Shown here piece after piece: positions 10,942 to 22,258 of a stretch of DNA of 64,000 nucleotides. Source of the DNA: an uncultured Chloroflexia bacterium. Its GTDB lineage: Bacteria > Chloroflexota > Anaerolineae > JAAYZQ01. The notes below the pieces were generated by a model. It was not told the origin of the DNA and ran no database searches. It was given only the letters and a program-made list of their open reading frames with translations. The position numbers and the translations under genes were made by a program. The first letter of the stretch is position 1, and every line of letters begins with the position of its first letter. Where the stretch lies: contig CAVOXA010000010.1 in assembly GCA_963700285.1 (NCBI GenBank), positions 1,568,001-1,632,000 of the forward strand, read 5' to 3'.

Positions 10942-13900
10942 ATGAAGATCGAAGGACTGACCTGGGGAGTTGGGTTGCTCGTTGCCCTGGTACTCTTGTG
11001 CTTGGTCCTGGCCGTGCAGCCAGCGACGGCCTACACGCAGGGGACTGCCCCGGCTGAGGGCCCCGATTGCGACAACCCACCCACGGGCGAGCGGGCGCGG
11101 CTGCTGGGAGACAGCGAGATCGCCATCACCTGGCGGGCCGACAAGTACAAAAACCTCGCCTACGCGAACATTGACGACGTAGGTGGAAACCTGGCCTGGG
11201 GGCATGTCTCGGATGACATGGTCCAGGAGTCCCTCCTCACAGACATCCGCTGGCCGGCGGCTGCTATGGCGGACGTGAACGGCGACGGCAAAGAGCAGAT
11301 GGTGCTCGCCTATCGGGACAAGGAACAGGGTGTGGGCGCGGCGTTGGTGGTCCCGCACACTGGCGGAACTCCTTCGAGCCTGAGTCTCTGGCTTGGTGGT
11401 CTGAGCGATAACCGTCAGGGCAAAAACGTGGCCTGGATCGACGTCGCGGCCGGCAACCTGAATGGGCACACGACCGGGGATAAGGATGACGAGATCGCCC
11501 TCGCCTTTGCCGACGACACCAACGCCCTACAGGTGCTGGTGCTGGGTGAGGAGTGGTTCAAAAACATTGGCCCCGAGCCCATGGCGGTCTACCGCGATCC
11601 CTCCACGCTGGGCCGGGGAAACGTCAAGTACGTAGCCGTGGCCACGGGGGACCTGGACGGCGATGGCTACGACAACGAGATCGTCGCCGCCTTTCAGGAC
11701 GGCAGCAAGCACCTCCAGGCCATCATCTTAAAGATGGAAGGAGGTACAGGCAAAGAGGGCACCCTGAAGCTGCTGTGGTCCAAGTCCTGGCAGGACCACT
11801 ACCGGCAGCCCGACGCGCAGAACGGCAATGCCAAGAACGCCCGGCCCGTCGACGTCACGACGGGCGACATCGACGGCGACTACCGCGACGAGGTCATCAT
11901 TGGCTTCCGGGACGGCGATCTGCACTTTAGCTCATACGGCACCGCCCAGCTTCTGGTCCTGGACCGCCAGCAAAGCGATGGGTCCTACGACGACAGTACT
12001 TTCATCCAGCGCAGCCCTGCCGACCTGTCCTGCTCCTCTCCTTATCCGCCCTCCGTGTCCCTGGCAGCCGGCGACCTGGATGGCGACGGGGCGGACGAGA
12101 TAGCCCTGGCCTACGCCGGGGTCTGCGCCTGCGGCGGGAAAGCGACGGTCCAGCTTGTGACCTACGAGGGGGCGCAGTTCAACCAGTGGGGCTGGCCAGA
12201 ACTGACCCTCACAGCTCGCCCTGGCCACTGGCAAAAGCAGGTCGGGACCTCGGGCAAGTTCACCACCTCCGGGCCGAGTCCCTTTTACTACCTGAGCGTG
12301 GACGCCGACGATCTGGACCGCGATGGAGAGGCCGAGATCGCGCTGGCCTATACCTCCGACGCGGGGGAGATCATCGTGCAGGCCTTTGACGCGGCCAGCG
12401 GCCTAACCCCGGCCGGTTCCATCGCATCCAAGTACAGCGGCGCCGATAAGGTCCAGGAATTTTGGCTGGCCGTGGGGGATATGGACGGGGACAGCCTGTA
12501 CAGCACCTACACGGGCAACTGTTACCAGGGCAAGGACCTGTACCCTTCGGGCCTGGTCCATGCCCCACCGCACTGGTCGGAGGATGAGCACAACAGCTCC
12601 CATGCCGACGCCGAGTTCAAGACGACGCTCAAGACGGAGCAGGGGGAAAAGCATACTAGCGAGACCGGCTATGGCGGCTCGGCGAAACTGGGGCTAGAAT
12701 TTGCCCACATCGGCTACTCTTCGACCTACGAGTTTGAAAAGTCCGTCGCCAATGAGAACGAGGTGTTGACGGCCATCATCGATTCGGTCGGGTCGGCCAC
12801 CTGCTCCCCCTTCTCCTGCGGGGACGACGCCTACTTTGAGGCCGTAGGATACAACATGTGCCCCCGCTGGTGCTTTGAGTACAAGGATGATGAAAAGGGC
12901 ACGCCGATCACGGTCTGTACCCCGCGTCCCGCCGATGAGTGTGAGGCGAACAAGGCCAACATCGATTACTGGTACGGGACCCTGCGGGCCAAGTACCCCG
13001 ATTCCTGGGTGCCGGTGGGCATGAACCTGGCCAGGAGCAAGCCGGCCGAACAATCCAGCACGGCCTACGATGGCGTGGCCTCGCGGGCCGTGGACGGGAA
13101 CACCGATGGCGACTATGCCAACGGCTCGGTCACCTTTGCTCAGGAGGGAACCAACCCCTGGTGGCAGGTGGACCTGGGCACAGCGCCCACCATCCACGCC
13201 GTTCAGCTCTGGAACCGGACCGATGGCGCCCCAGAGGTCCCGGCGCGGCTGTCCGATTTCTACGTCTTTGTGTCCAAGGATCCCTTTACCTCCACGCTCC
13301 CCGACGACACGGTGGCACAGCCGGGAGTGTGGCACTACCACCACCAGGAGGCGTCCGGGCAGCTGACGACCATCACCTTCAACGAACTGTTGGATCCCAG
13401 CGGCAATGCCCCCGAGGGGAGCGAGCAGGTACAGGGCCGCTACGTGCGCGTCCAGTTGGCGGGCGGCTACCGGAACCCCCTCTCCCTGGCCGAGGTCCAG
13501 GTTTGGGGCGCCCTGAGGGACGTGGATCAATGGCCTACCGAAAAGCCGGTGCCGGACCCGGACGGAGAAATCTTCACCATCAAACTGCGCGACGGGAGCC
13601 AGCAGGTGGTCGACGGCCAGCACGTCTATAGCTGGCAGGGCGCCAAGCTGGGCGTCAATCCAGGCGGCGCCGCAACCTGGAGCACGGCCCAGGATCAAAC
13701 CTGGGAACAAGCCACGGAATGGAGCACGGCAGCGACGAGCAAGCTCGGCCTGGAACTCGTCTTCATCGGCGGCGACTATGTCATGACCAGTAAGGAGGTC
13801 AAGTCCCGGATCATGCAATGGTCCAAGGAGACCGAATTCGCAGGTGCAGTGGGGCCGGTCCACGCAGACGAGGATAGCTACAACTATGCCCCGTACGTCT

Positions 13901-16143
13901 GGCTTCAGCAGGCGACTTCCAGTGCGGGGACCGAGCAGGCCTTCCTGGTCGTCGACTACTGGGTGCCCAGCCTGGGGCTGGCTGCACTGGCGGCAGACAC
14001 CACGCAGGCGGGCCCCCTGGTTGGTCTCACCCCCAGGGCTCCCCGTATCGACAGCCCTACCCATCCCGGCCCAAACGACTGGTACGCGGCCAACACGGCA
14101 ACCTTCAACTGGAAGCAACCCAATAGCGACAACGCCAAGGTAGTCGGCTACCGCTGGCACCTGGATGGGCTGTCCGACACCATCCCCGCCCCCTTTAGCC
14201 AGGGCCGGATCAAAACCGAGAGCTACGAGAACCTGGCTGATGGCATCTGGTACCTGCACGTGCGGGCCCTGGGTGACAATGGCCAGTGGAGCGAAACCGC
14301 CCACCATGCCATCCGCGTCGACGTCGAGGCCCCCCAGGTCGAACTATCGCTGGACCCGCCGCTGCCCACGGGCCACGACGACTGGTACAGAACGCCGGTG
14401 ACGGCAACCGTTGCTGCCACGGATGGCTTTGGCTCGGGCGTCACGGCGTTGAAAGTGAGCACCGACGGCGCGGCATGGCAGCCCTACACCGGCCCGTGGC
14501 GCTTTGAGGCCGACACGGCAGGAACCACCGTCTGGGCCCGGGCAACCGATGGCGCAGGCCATACCTCGGAGCCGGTATCGACCACCTTCAAGATCGACCA
14601 GACGCCGCCCACCTCCAAGGTCCCGGCTGGCGGGCCGATGCCCGGCGCCTGGATAGCCGAAGTCATGACCGACACGCTGGGCAACGATCACCTGGTACTG
14701 GCCGGCGTGATCGATGACGCCCACGCGGGCCGGGCAGGGCTGGATCTGCGGGCCAAGGGCCTCGATTGGATGTCGGCCAACAGCACCAGCGCGGGGGATT
14801 TACAGTTCGACGCCCCAGGCGTGGAGGTGCACTGGGTATACACGGCCACCAACGAGTTGGGCCGGGGAAACCACACCTTCTACGGACAGGCTCACGACCG
14901 GGCGGGCAACGTGGAGGACACTTATGAACTGGCCAGGGTTGTCTGGTTCCCCAAGAGCGCGCCCGACCTGGTCGGAAGCGACATGACAGTCTCGCCAGCA
15001 GTCGCCCGGCCGGGCGACGAGGTGGCCTTTGTCATCGCCGCGCGTAACGGCGGTTACCAGGAGGCCTGGGTGCAGGTTAGCGACAAGCTGCCCGCGGGGC
15101 TTTCGCCGGTAATGGATGGCCTGGGCAACGACGTGACCTACGATCCAGTTACCAATACCATTACCTGGCCGTCCCGGTTGCTGTGGCCGGGTGAGTGGGT
15201 CCGGCTGCGCTTCTGGGCGCAGGTGGACGGCGGCGCGGGGGCCGCTACCCTGGAGAACCAGGCCACGGCCCGCGCCTTCTGGCCCAACAGCGGAGATCTG
15301 CCAGAGGCCGAGCGCCAGCGCTTCGCCGATAGGGAGCGGACGGTGAACCTGAGCGCCACGCTGACTGTGGCCCCGGGCCTGGCGGCCGGGACTGACGTCA
15401 CGGCACCCTGGGCCAGTCTGGAGGTGCTCAGTGGGCAGGCCGTGAGCCAACGGGAGGTGCAACTGGCCATCCAGGCCCCCTCCGACGCCAGCCGGATGTA
15501 CCTGCGCGAGTGGACCCTGTCTCCGGATACCGGCGCCTGGGCCGTTGTCCGGAACAGCGGCTGGCTGGCCTACAGCCGGACACACACTTGGACCCTTTCA
15601 CCGGGGAACGGAGTCAAGTACCTGGGCGTCTGGGTGGCCGACGAAGCGGGGAACGTCTCGATCCTGGACGAGCACAGCCTGGCTTTCACCAACCTGGTAG
15701 GTGGCAGCCAGAGCCTGGCGGACGGGCAGCGGGCCCAGTACCGCTTTGAGGTTCGCCAGCACGCGTTTGCCGGCGCCTACGTGGCCGCGCTGGGGGGCGA
15801 TCCGGACCTGTACGTCTGGATGCCTCGCCATGCCTTCCGGCCCTCCCACTTTAGCAATGGCACAGGGACGGTGGATGAGGTTAGTGGCTGGGTACAAGAG
15901 CCGGGCATCTGTCTGCTGGAGGTCGCAGCCGTGGGCGACAGCCGGTATGAGCTGCGCCTGCGCGAGTTCGATGCCCTGGAGGCCGGCGACCAGGCCCAAG
16001 GCACGATGCTTTCGCTCGCCGAAAAGGCACGGCCCATGCACCCCCTGACTGTCTCCGATCCGCTGAGCGCGGGTCCGGTAAAGCCGCCCGCATCCGGGGG
16101 AGGCATCGAGATCTATCTACCGCTGGCCTTCAGGAAGGGATAG
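10942..16143 (+). CDS. Giant secreted multidomain protein: FG-GAP/VCBS repeats, F5/8 type C (fucolectin-like) domain, Ig-like and DUF11-like domains, C-terminal YLP motif
   Basis: AAGGAGG RBS, signal peptide, repeated GD[LI]DGDG.DE motifs, NLARSKPAEQSST..ASRAVDGNTDG..PWWQVDLG..QLWNRTD..GRYVRVQL..LSLAEVQV, ARPGDEVAFVIAARNGG..VSDKLPAGL, ends IYLPLAFRKG. Intact 1733-aa ORF. Confidence 0.85.
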   Translation: MKIEGLTWGVGLLVALVLLCLVLAVQPATAYTQGTAPAEGPDCDNPPTGERARLLGDSEIAITWRADKYKNLAYANIDDVGGNLAWGHVSDDMVQESLLTDIRWPAAAMADVNGDGKEQMVLAYRDKEQGVGAALVVPHTGGTPSSLSLWLGGLSDNRQGKNVAWIDVAAGNLNGHTTGDKDDEIALAFADDTNALQVLVLGEEWFKNIGPEPMAVYRDPSTLGRGNVKYVAVATGDLDGDGYDNEIVAAFQDGSKHLQAIILKMEGGTGKEGTLKLLWSKSWQDHYRQPDAQNGNAKNARPVDVTTGDIDGDYRDEVIIGFRDGDLHFSSYGTAQLLVLDRQQSDGSYDDSTFIQRSPADLSCSSPYPPSVSLAAGDLDGDGADEIALAYAGVCACGGKATVQLVTYEGAQFNQWGWPELTLTARPGHWQKQVGTSGKFTTSGPSPFYYLSVDADDLDRDGEAEIALAYTSDAGEIIVQAFDAASGLTPAGSIASKYSGADKVQEFWLAVGDMDGDSLYSTYTGNCYQGKDLYPSGLVHAPPHWSEDEHNSSHADAEFKTTLKTEQGEKHTSETGYGGSAKLGLEFAHIGYSSTYEFEKSVANENEVLTAIIDSVGSATCSPFSCGDDAYFEAVGYNMCPRWCFEYKDDEKGTPITVCTPRPADECEANKANIDYWYGTLRAKYPDSWVPVGMNLARSKPAEQSSTAYDGVASRAVDGNTDGDYANGSVTFAQEGTNPWWQVDLGTAPTIHAVQLWNRTDGAPEVPARLSDFYVFVSKDPFTSTLPDDTVAQPGVWHYHHQEASGQLTTITFNELLDPSGNAPEGSEQVQGRYVRVQLAGGYRNPLSLAEVQVWGALRDVDQWPTEKPVPDPDGEIFTIKLRDGSQQVVDGQHVYSWQGAKLGVNPGGAATWSTAQDQTWEQATEWSTAATSKLGLELVFIGGDYVMTSKEVKSRIMQWSKETEFAGAVGPVHADEDSYNYAPYVWLQQATSSAGTEQAFLVVDYWVPSLGLAALAADTTQAGPLVGLTPRAPRIDSPTHPGPNDWYAANTATFNWKQPNSDNAKVVGYRWHLDGLSDTIPAPFSQGRIKTESYENLADGIWYLHVRALGDNGQWSETAHHAIRVDVEAPQVELSLDPPLPTGHDDWYRTPVTATVAATDGFGSGVTALKVSTDGAAWQPYTGPWRFEADTAGTTVWARATDGAGHTSEPVSTTFKIDQTPPTSKVPAGGPMPGAWIAEVMTDTLGNDHLVLAGVIDDAHAGRAGLDLRAKGLDWMSANSTSAGDLQFDAPGVEVHWVYTATNELGRGNHTFYGQAHDRAGNVEDTYELARVVWFPKSAPDLVGSDMTVSPAVARPGDEVAFVIAARNGGYQEAWVQVSDKLPAGLSPVMDGLGNDVTYDPVTNTITWPSRLLWPGEWVRLRFWAQVDGGAGAATLENQATARAFWPNSGDLPEAERQRFADRERTVNLSATLTVAPGLAAGTDVTAPWASLEVLSGQAVSQREVQLAIQAPSDASRMYLREWTLSPDTGAWAVVRNSGWLAYSRTHTWTLSPGNGVKYLGVWVADEAGNVSILDEHSLAFTNLVGGSQSLADGQRAQYRFEVRQHAFAGAYVAALGGDPDLYVWMPRHAFRPSHFSNGTGTVDEVSGWVQEPGICLLEVAAVGDSRYELRLREFDALEAGDQAQGTMLSLAEKARPMHPLTVSDPLSAGPVKPPASGGGIEIYLPLAFRKG

Positions 16144-16235
16144 CCTGCTCAGCCTTGGTGGGGAGCCGCCGGACCAGCGGCTCCCCACAGGGCTCGGTGC
16201 CTGCGGGCTCGACAGAACCAGAGAAGGAGGATTGA

Positions 16236-19200
16236 GTGAAGAAAAGTGCGTACTGGTTCCTTAACGTTGTTCTCTTGTTGGCGTTGGTCCTGGGCAGCGC
16301 GATGATGCCTGCCCAGGTCCTGGGGGAAGATCTGAGCAGGACAGTGGCGGCCGGCGCTGCCACCGGGGCCGCGGCGCCGGGCGCATCCTTGGGCGTGCCG
16401 CCGCTGGAACTGACCGTGACGGGAGATGCACCGCTGCAAGTCCCATTCAAGCTAGATCTGGAGATGATGTTGGGGCCCTATTCCAACCAGAACACCTATC
16501 GCCTGGACCAACCTGCTTCCTGGGGGAGCCCCGGATTCGTGGAACAGACGGTCTCTCGCAGCGATGTCGCCGCAGTGCCGGTCGGTGGCGAGCGTTTCCT
16601 GGCGGTCTGGATGGATGACGTCGCTGGGGCCCTGCGTGCTTTTGTCGGGTGGCCCCAGTCCGACTATCCTGGCGTCGCCACCAACCTTGGCTTGAAGGCG
16701 AAGGGCAATTCCGTCCTGGCGCCCCTCACGCCGGATCTGGTTCTCGCCCTGGCCAGAGACACGGGCGATTTCGTCCAGTTCCGGTGGTGGCAAGGGACGG
16801 AAGGTGACCCTTGGGTGGGGGCCTGGCAGCAGGTGCCGGGCAACTACCGGGTGGGATCGGACCTGGCCGCCGTCGCCAAGGACTCGAGCCACGTTGCCCT
16901 CTTTTTTCGCGACAGCGGGAGCGGGACGGTCAAGTTCACCGAGTGGCAGGCCGGCGTCGACTGGCGCTCCGAACCGATCGACCTGGGCAACCCGCCTGGC
17001 ACGCAGATTGTGTCGGAACTGGCTGCCGTGTCGCGCAACGAGCGGCACCTGGCCGTCTTTGGCGTAGGCCAGGACAACGTGCTGTATTGTCGGGAGTGGA
17101 CCAATCTTAACAAATCGGACTGGAGCGATACGGCCTGGACCCAAGTGCTGCCCCACGTCTGGAACAACGGCCGTATCAGCGCCGCCTCTCGGCACAACAA
17201 CCACATGGCCGTCGCCGTGATTCGGACCGATCGTTCGGTTGCCTACCAGGAGTGGCTGGCCGCAAGCGGCTGGAGCAACCCGCAGGCTCTGGGCAACCCC
17301 GGCTTTCCTCCCACCCAGGCGCCCACCATCGCCGTCTCTGCCATCGACACCATGATCTTTCTGGGGGTGGACAGCGGCGGCACGCTAAAGCGGAACGTGT
17401 GCGGTCCCGCTCCGGGCAAATGCTCAGGCTGGACCAATTGGACGGATATGTGGCAGCCCGATCAGCATGTGGCGGCTGCCGTCAGACGGCCGCACGACCT
17501 GATCGTCCTAGGGCGGGCATTGCCCGAGTTTCCCTGGAGCAACCGGGTTTCGTTCGTACAGTACACCCGCGAATTCGTTAACCCCGTACCGCGGGCGGTG
17601 GGTGCTAATCACAACTGGGCCGATATCAACGGACAGGTGATCGCCACGGTGCAGGGCAAGACCATCTGGGTTGACGTTTGCCCAACGTCCACCTACGGGT
17701 GCCAGATGGCTGCGGCCGAGACAAGCAACTGGTCGGTGAGCGGCTGGGCGCAGTTGGACAACGGGCTGTGTGATGGCACAGGGCGGAGTGTCGCCGTGGA
17801 CGCGGGGGACCTGGACGGCGACGGCGACGACGAGGTTGTGGTGGTCACGCCGGTCGGCCAGTCGATCGACACCTCGGTGGTGCAGATCGGCTACCAGGGC
17901 ACGCCGGCCCTGAGGCTCACCCCGAGCAGAAGAAGAGACAGGCGCTGGGGGAGGGCTCTGAACCTCAGCAAGTCGACGTGGCCATTGGCGACCTGGACGG
18001 CGATGGCCGCAAGAACGAGGTCGTCGTGGCCTACAACACCACGCCTGGCCGCGCACGAGCACGGGACGATCGGCGTGTATCTGTACCAGTACCAGGACGA
18101 TCAGGGCCTTCAGCTTCAGGGACAACCGCAATCCTTCTCCCCCTGGACCGAGGGGGACCAGCCCCCGGCTACTGTATGGGATTTTGAGATCGCCGTGGGC
18201 AAGGTCCGCGCCACTGCTGACAATCACGAGCAGTTGGTACTGGCGAGTTGAGGGGCTGTGCCAGGCAAGAAGCAGTGGTACGGTGTTGATTGGGAAGCCT
18301 ACCTCTACGAGTGGGCTGAAGGACCAACGCGGGGACAGGAGACTGGTCGAGATAGAGCAGCAATACGGACTCGGGCCCGGTTGAGCCCAGAGGAGGCGAT
18401 TGGCCATGCGGTCGGACCTATTCCATCGCCCTGGCGACCGGCGATCTGGTACGGCGACGGGTTGGAAGAGGTCGTTTTCTCGCATCCCCTCGGCTCTACA
18501 CCAGTGCCGAGATCTGGCTTCCCGGGAGTATCTCATCAAGAACGGTATGAAGCTGCCGTCCGACTCCTGGCCGTGGGCGACATCGACGGGGACAGCCGGG
18601 CCGAGATCGCTCAGGTTCACCGATCTCTCTGCAGGCACCCTGGAGATCATCGATTGGGCCGATGTCCCGCATGACGTCAGAATATCGGGAGTATTCACCA
18701 ACACCCACCTGTACGTGACCGGCCAACTCGTGGGCTTCAAGGGGGTGCCGCTCCTCGCCGACCTGGATAACGACTCGCTGCAGAGCCGAGCTGAGAGAAT
18801 GCGATGACTACAGCGACGTGAATGTGATCGCGGTGGTCAACGGCGTGCCCCGCTACTACGAGGACGACGAGCCGATGCAGGAGAATGGTGGAGGATATGC
18901 CACAGGCAACACCAACATAGACGGGCCGAGGAGAACGGCACAACGGCATTCTATGGGGGCTCCGTCGCGATGGGCTACAGAAGGAGGTTCAAGGACGGCT
19001 TGTATTCAAGGGCTGAGTGTCAAAGCGGAGGCAGAGTTCCTGGGCAGAACCGGCCAGTCCACCGAGACGGAGACGAGCACCAAGAGGAGAGGGGCGAAGT
19101 TCGAACCAGGAGACCGTGGTATCGTGGTCTATCGGCTCCTCGAGCTACAAGTGCTGCCCTTCGACGCCTACTACCCCTCGGCGCCGGACGACAAGTCCAC

Positions 19201-22154
19201 GATGCTGATCTGCACGCCGGCTACGGTCAAGCCCCAGGACGTCTACGCACCTCGGAGGACTGGCATTCGGAGCGTTCAAGACCGAGGCCGGCCCATCGTG
19301 GGTGGACGTGGGCCGCGCCGCTGCCCCCGAGGTGCACCGCTGGGCGCGAGATCACAACGACGTCTTTACTTACCCCGACAACCTACCGTACCGATCCCTA
19401 CCTGGTCAGTGGCATGACTCCGGGGCAAAGATTCCAGTGCAGTGGAATCCAACCGTCAGTGCGACGGCCCACACACCTGGGGCCTGGAGAAAGTCCCAGG
19501 AAGAGAAGAAGGTCAACAAGGTAGCATTGAGAACCACGATACGGTGAGCGTTGCGCTGGAGGTGGGTCATGTGGAGTTCGAAATCGCCGCCATCGCGGGA
19601 GTGGAGAAAGAATGGAGCCGCAGTGTCGGTTGGGAGGAGACCCTGTCCTTCGAGGGCGAGGTGTATCGACTACCCGAAGCACTGCTCCGACGGACGTCTG
19701 CAAAGGCAGCTATACGGTCCAGCCCTTCCTCTGGCAGGCCACGGCCACGACCCAGGCCGGCGTCACCTACCCCTACCTGGAGCTGGACTACTATGTGCCC
19801 GACCCGCCCGGCACGCTGGCCGCGGCCGCTGAGGCGGAACCGGCTCAGGAGGCGGTCGTCGGGCATCGCGCCCCAGCAGCCGGTGATCACCAGCCCCACC
19901 CATCCCGACCCGGAGGCCTGGTACACCAGCCGGGATGTGACGCTCGAGTGGAGCCAGCCCGCCGGCGACCCGGCGGTGGTGACCGGCTACCGCTGGAACC
20001 TCAACGAGGAGTCCGACTTTGCCCCCACCGCGCTGCACCGGGTCATGACCGATACGATGACCTTTGTGGGCGTCGCAGATGGCCTGCACTACTTCCACCT
20101 CCAGGCCCGGGGCGACGGCGGCGATGACAGCCCCGTGGCCCACCGCGCCGTTCGCGTCGACGCCACCCCGCCGCAGGTCGAGATTTTGCTCGACCCACTG
20201 GCGCCCGATGGCCTCAACGGCTGGTACAGGACGCCGGTGATGGCCACAGTGGCGGTCACCGACGTTGCCAATTCCGGCGATTCGGTTGGCTCCGGCGTCG
20301 CCACCGTGGAGGTCAGCACCGACGGCACGACCTGGCAGCCCTACACGGCGCCCATTGCCTTCAACAATCCCACGGCGGGCACCACCCTCTGGGCGCGGGC
20401 CACCGACCAGGCGGGACACACTTCAGAACCGGTCTCGACCAACCTTCAAGATCGACCTGGTCGCGCCTAGCTCGGTGGACTCGGATGGCGTGGGTCTCAG
20501 CTACCACAACGTCTTCAACCGACGAGCTGGGCAACGCCCAGTTGATGCTGGGCGGCGCGAGTGCCGCGATACCCTGGCCGGACGCTTCTTGGTGGAGGTC
20601 AAGGGTGGCGATACCGGCTCCTGGCAACCCGTCCAGGCCGTGGGCGAGTTCGCCATGCCGTCGGGCAACGATCTCGACTCGACGGTGAAGACGCTGAACT
20701 GGCTCTACACGCCCACCCGCGAGATCCGCGGCATCTATCCCCTCTGGGGTCGCAGCATCGACGCCGCCGGCAACATGGAGGAAGAGTGGGCCTTTGGCAC
20801 CTTCTGGTGGGAGCCCGACGGCGACCCCGACCTGTCGCAGAGCCGGCGCCAGCGTGGCGCCCGCAGCATGCCTTCCCGGGCGACACGGTGCGCTTGACCC
20901 TGGGCATCCGCAACACCGGCGTGCAGGAGGCCCAGGTGGCGGTCACCGACACCCTGCCGGCCGGCCTGACGCCGCTGCTCGACATCGATCGGCGACGGCG
21001 GCCAGTACGATGCCGGCACCGGAGACCATCCGCTGGACCCTCCATGGCCTGTGGCCGGGGAGACCCGTTTCCTCACCTTCGACGCCCAGGTCGATCCTGA
21101 CCTGAACCCAAGCGAGCCATTGGACCTCGAGAACCGCCTCGACCTGCTCGGGCTACTGGCCGTGGGAGCCCCCGCGGGCGGACCGCCAGAGCCGCCGACC
21201 CACCCCTACTCCACGAGCGACCACGCTCACTGTCCTGCCCCAGGCCAGGGCTCAGGAGGCCGCGGCCCAGGCCGCCACCCAACCACCGGCCATCTACACG
21301 GCCAGGGTCCTGGAGGGAGCCATCGTGCAAAAGCCCCTGGCCACCCTCTACCTCCACACCAGCCCTGACGCCGAGTTCCTGTACGTCAAGGAGTGGGCCT
21401 GGGATCACGAGCAGGGGAACTGGGCCCTGGCCAGCAAGAGCGGCTGGCTGCCCTTCACCCAGGGCGACAACCTCGGCGGTGAGCGAGGACAGCACCGGCA
21501 AGTACGGCCAGTTGACCTGGCAGCTCTCCACGGGCGACGGCGTCAAGTTCCTGGGCGTCTGGGCCGCCAACGGCGACAAGCACACCACCAACCTCAACGA
21601 GGGCCTGCTGCTCTTCACCAACTTTGTCAGTCCCTCCGGACAGCACTTGGCGGCCGGCCAGCGCGTCCAGTACCGCCTGCCGATGTCGGCCGGCCACCTG
21701 GCCCTCTTTGCCCTGGCCACCGAGTGCGGCGACGCCGACCTCTACGCCTGGAAGCCGCGCTTCGCCTTCCGGCCCCACCACTTGAGCAACGACACAGGCG
21801 ATGGCCTGCAGGTTGAGGGCCTGGGCTTTGCTGCCGACGGAGTACGGCGTGCACCTGGTCGAGGTCGAGGCCGCGGGCCAGGACAGCTTCTACCGCCTGC
21901 TGGTCGGCGGCGACGTCCCCGGCGCCGCCTCGCCGGCCGAGGTCGGGGCCGCGCTGGGCCTGCCGCCGGAGGAAGGGGGCAGCCGGATGCTGCTCCCGGG
22001 CGTTCAGTTGCCCCTTTCCAAGAAGGAGCGGCCGGCGCATCCCCTGACCCTCAGCACGCCCTACGGCCTGCCGGACGCGGAGGATCTGGACGACGTGCCG
22101 CAGCCAGAGTGGGAATTCAAGGGCTACCTGCCGCTGGCCTTCAAGGAGGGCTAG
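16236..22154 (+). CDS. Giant secreted paralogue with N-terminal lectin-like (PLL/fucose-lectin-type) beta-propeller, FG-GAP repeats, Ig-like/DUF11 domains and C-terminal YLP motif; heavily frameshifted
   Basis: GGAGG RBS then GTG, signal peptide, Trp-rich repeats (LAAVSRNERHLAVFGVGQDNVLYCREW), GDLDGDGDDEV. Fragments APQQPVITSPTHPDPEAWY, RVDATPPQVEILLDP..WYRTPV, DGVKFLGVWAA, DADLYAWKPRFAFRP match 10942..16143. Ends GYLPLAFKEG. Confidence 0.72.
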
Positions 22155-22258
22155 CCGGCGCAACCGGGGAGGGGAGCCTGGCGCTCTCCTCCCCCTGCGA
22201 TGGCAAGCTGGAGCCCTATGCCCGGCTTGAACAACGAGCAAACCCAGGAGGCTGCCCC

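Noticed and set aside
12694-14307. Long antisense ORFs (for example 12694..14307, 17508..18740, 21627..22892, 30061..31341)
   Set aside because: These are shadow ORFs opposite well-supported genes in high-GC DNA, with no recognisable motifs.
21479-22258. N-terminal 260 aa of the 881-aa ORF 21479..24124
   Set aside because: This is a frameshift artefact joining part of the upstream giant protein to the lipoprotein. The real start is ATG 22259, with an RBS and lipobox.
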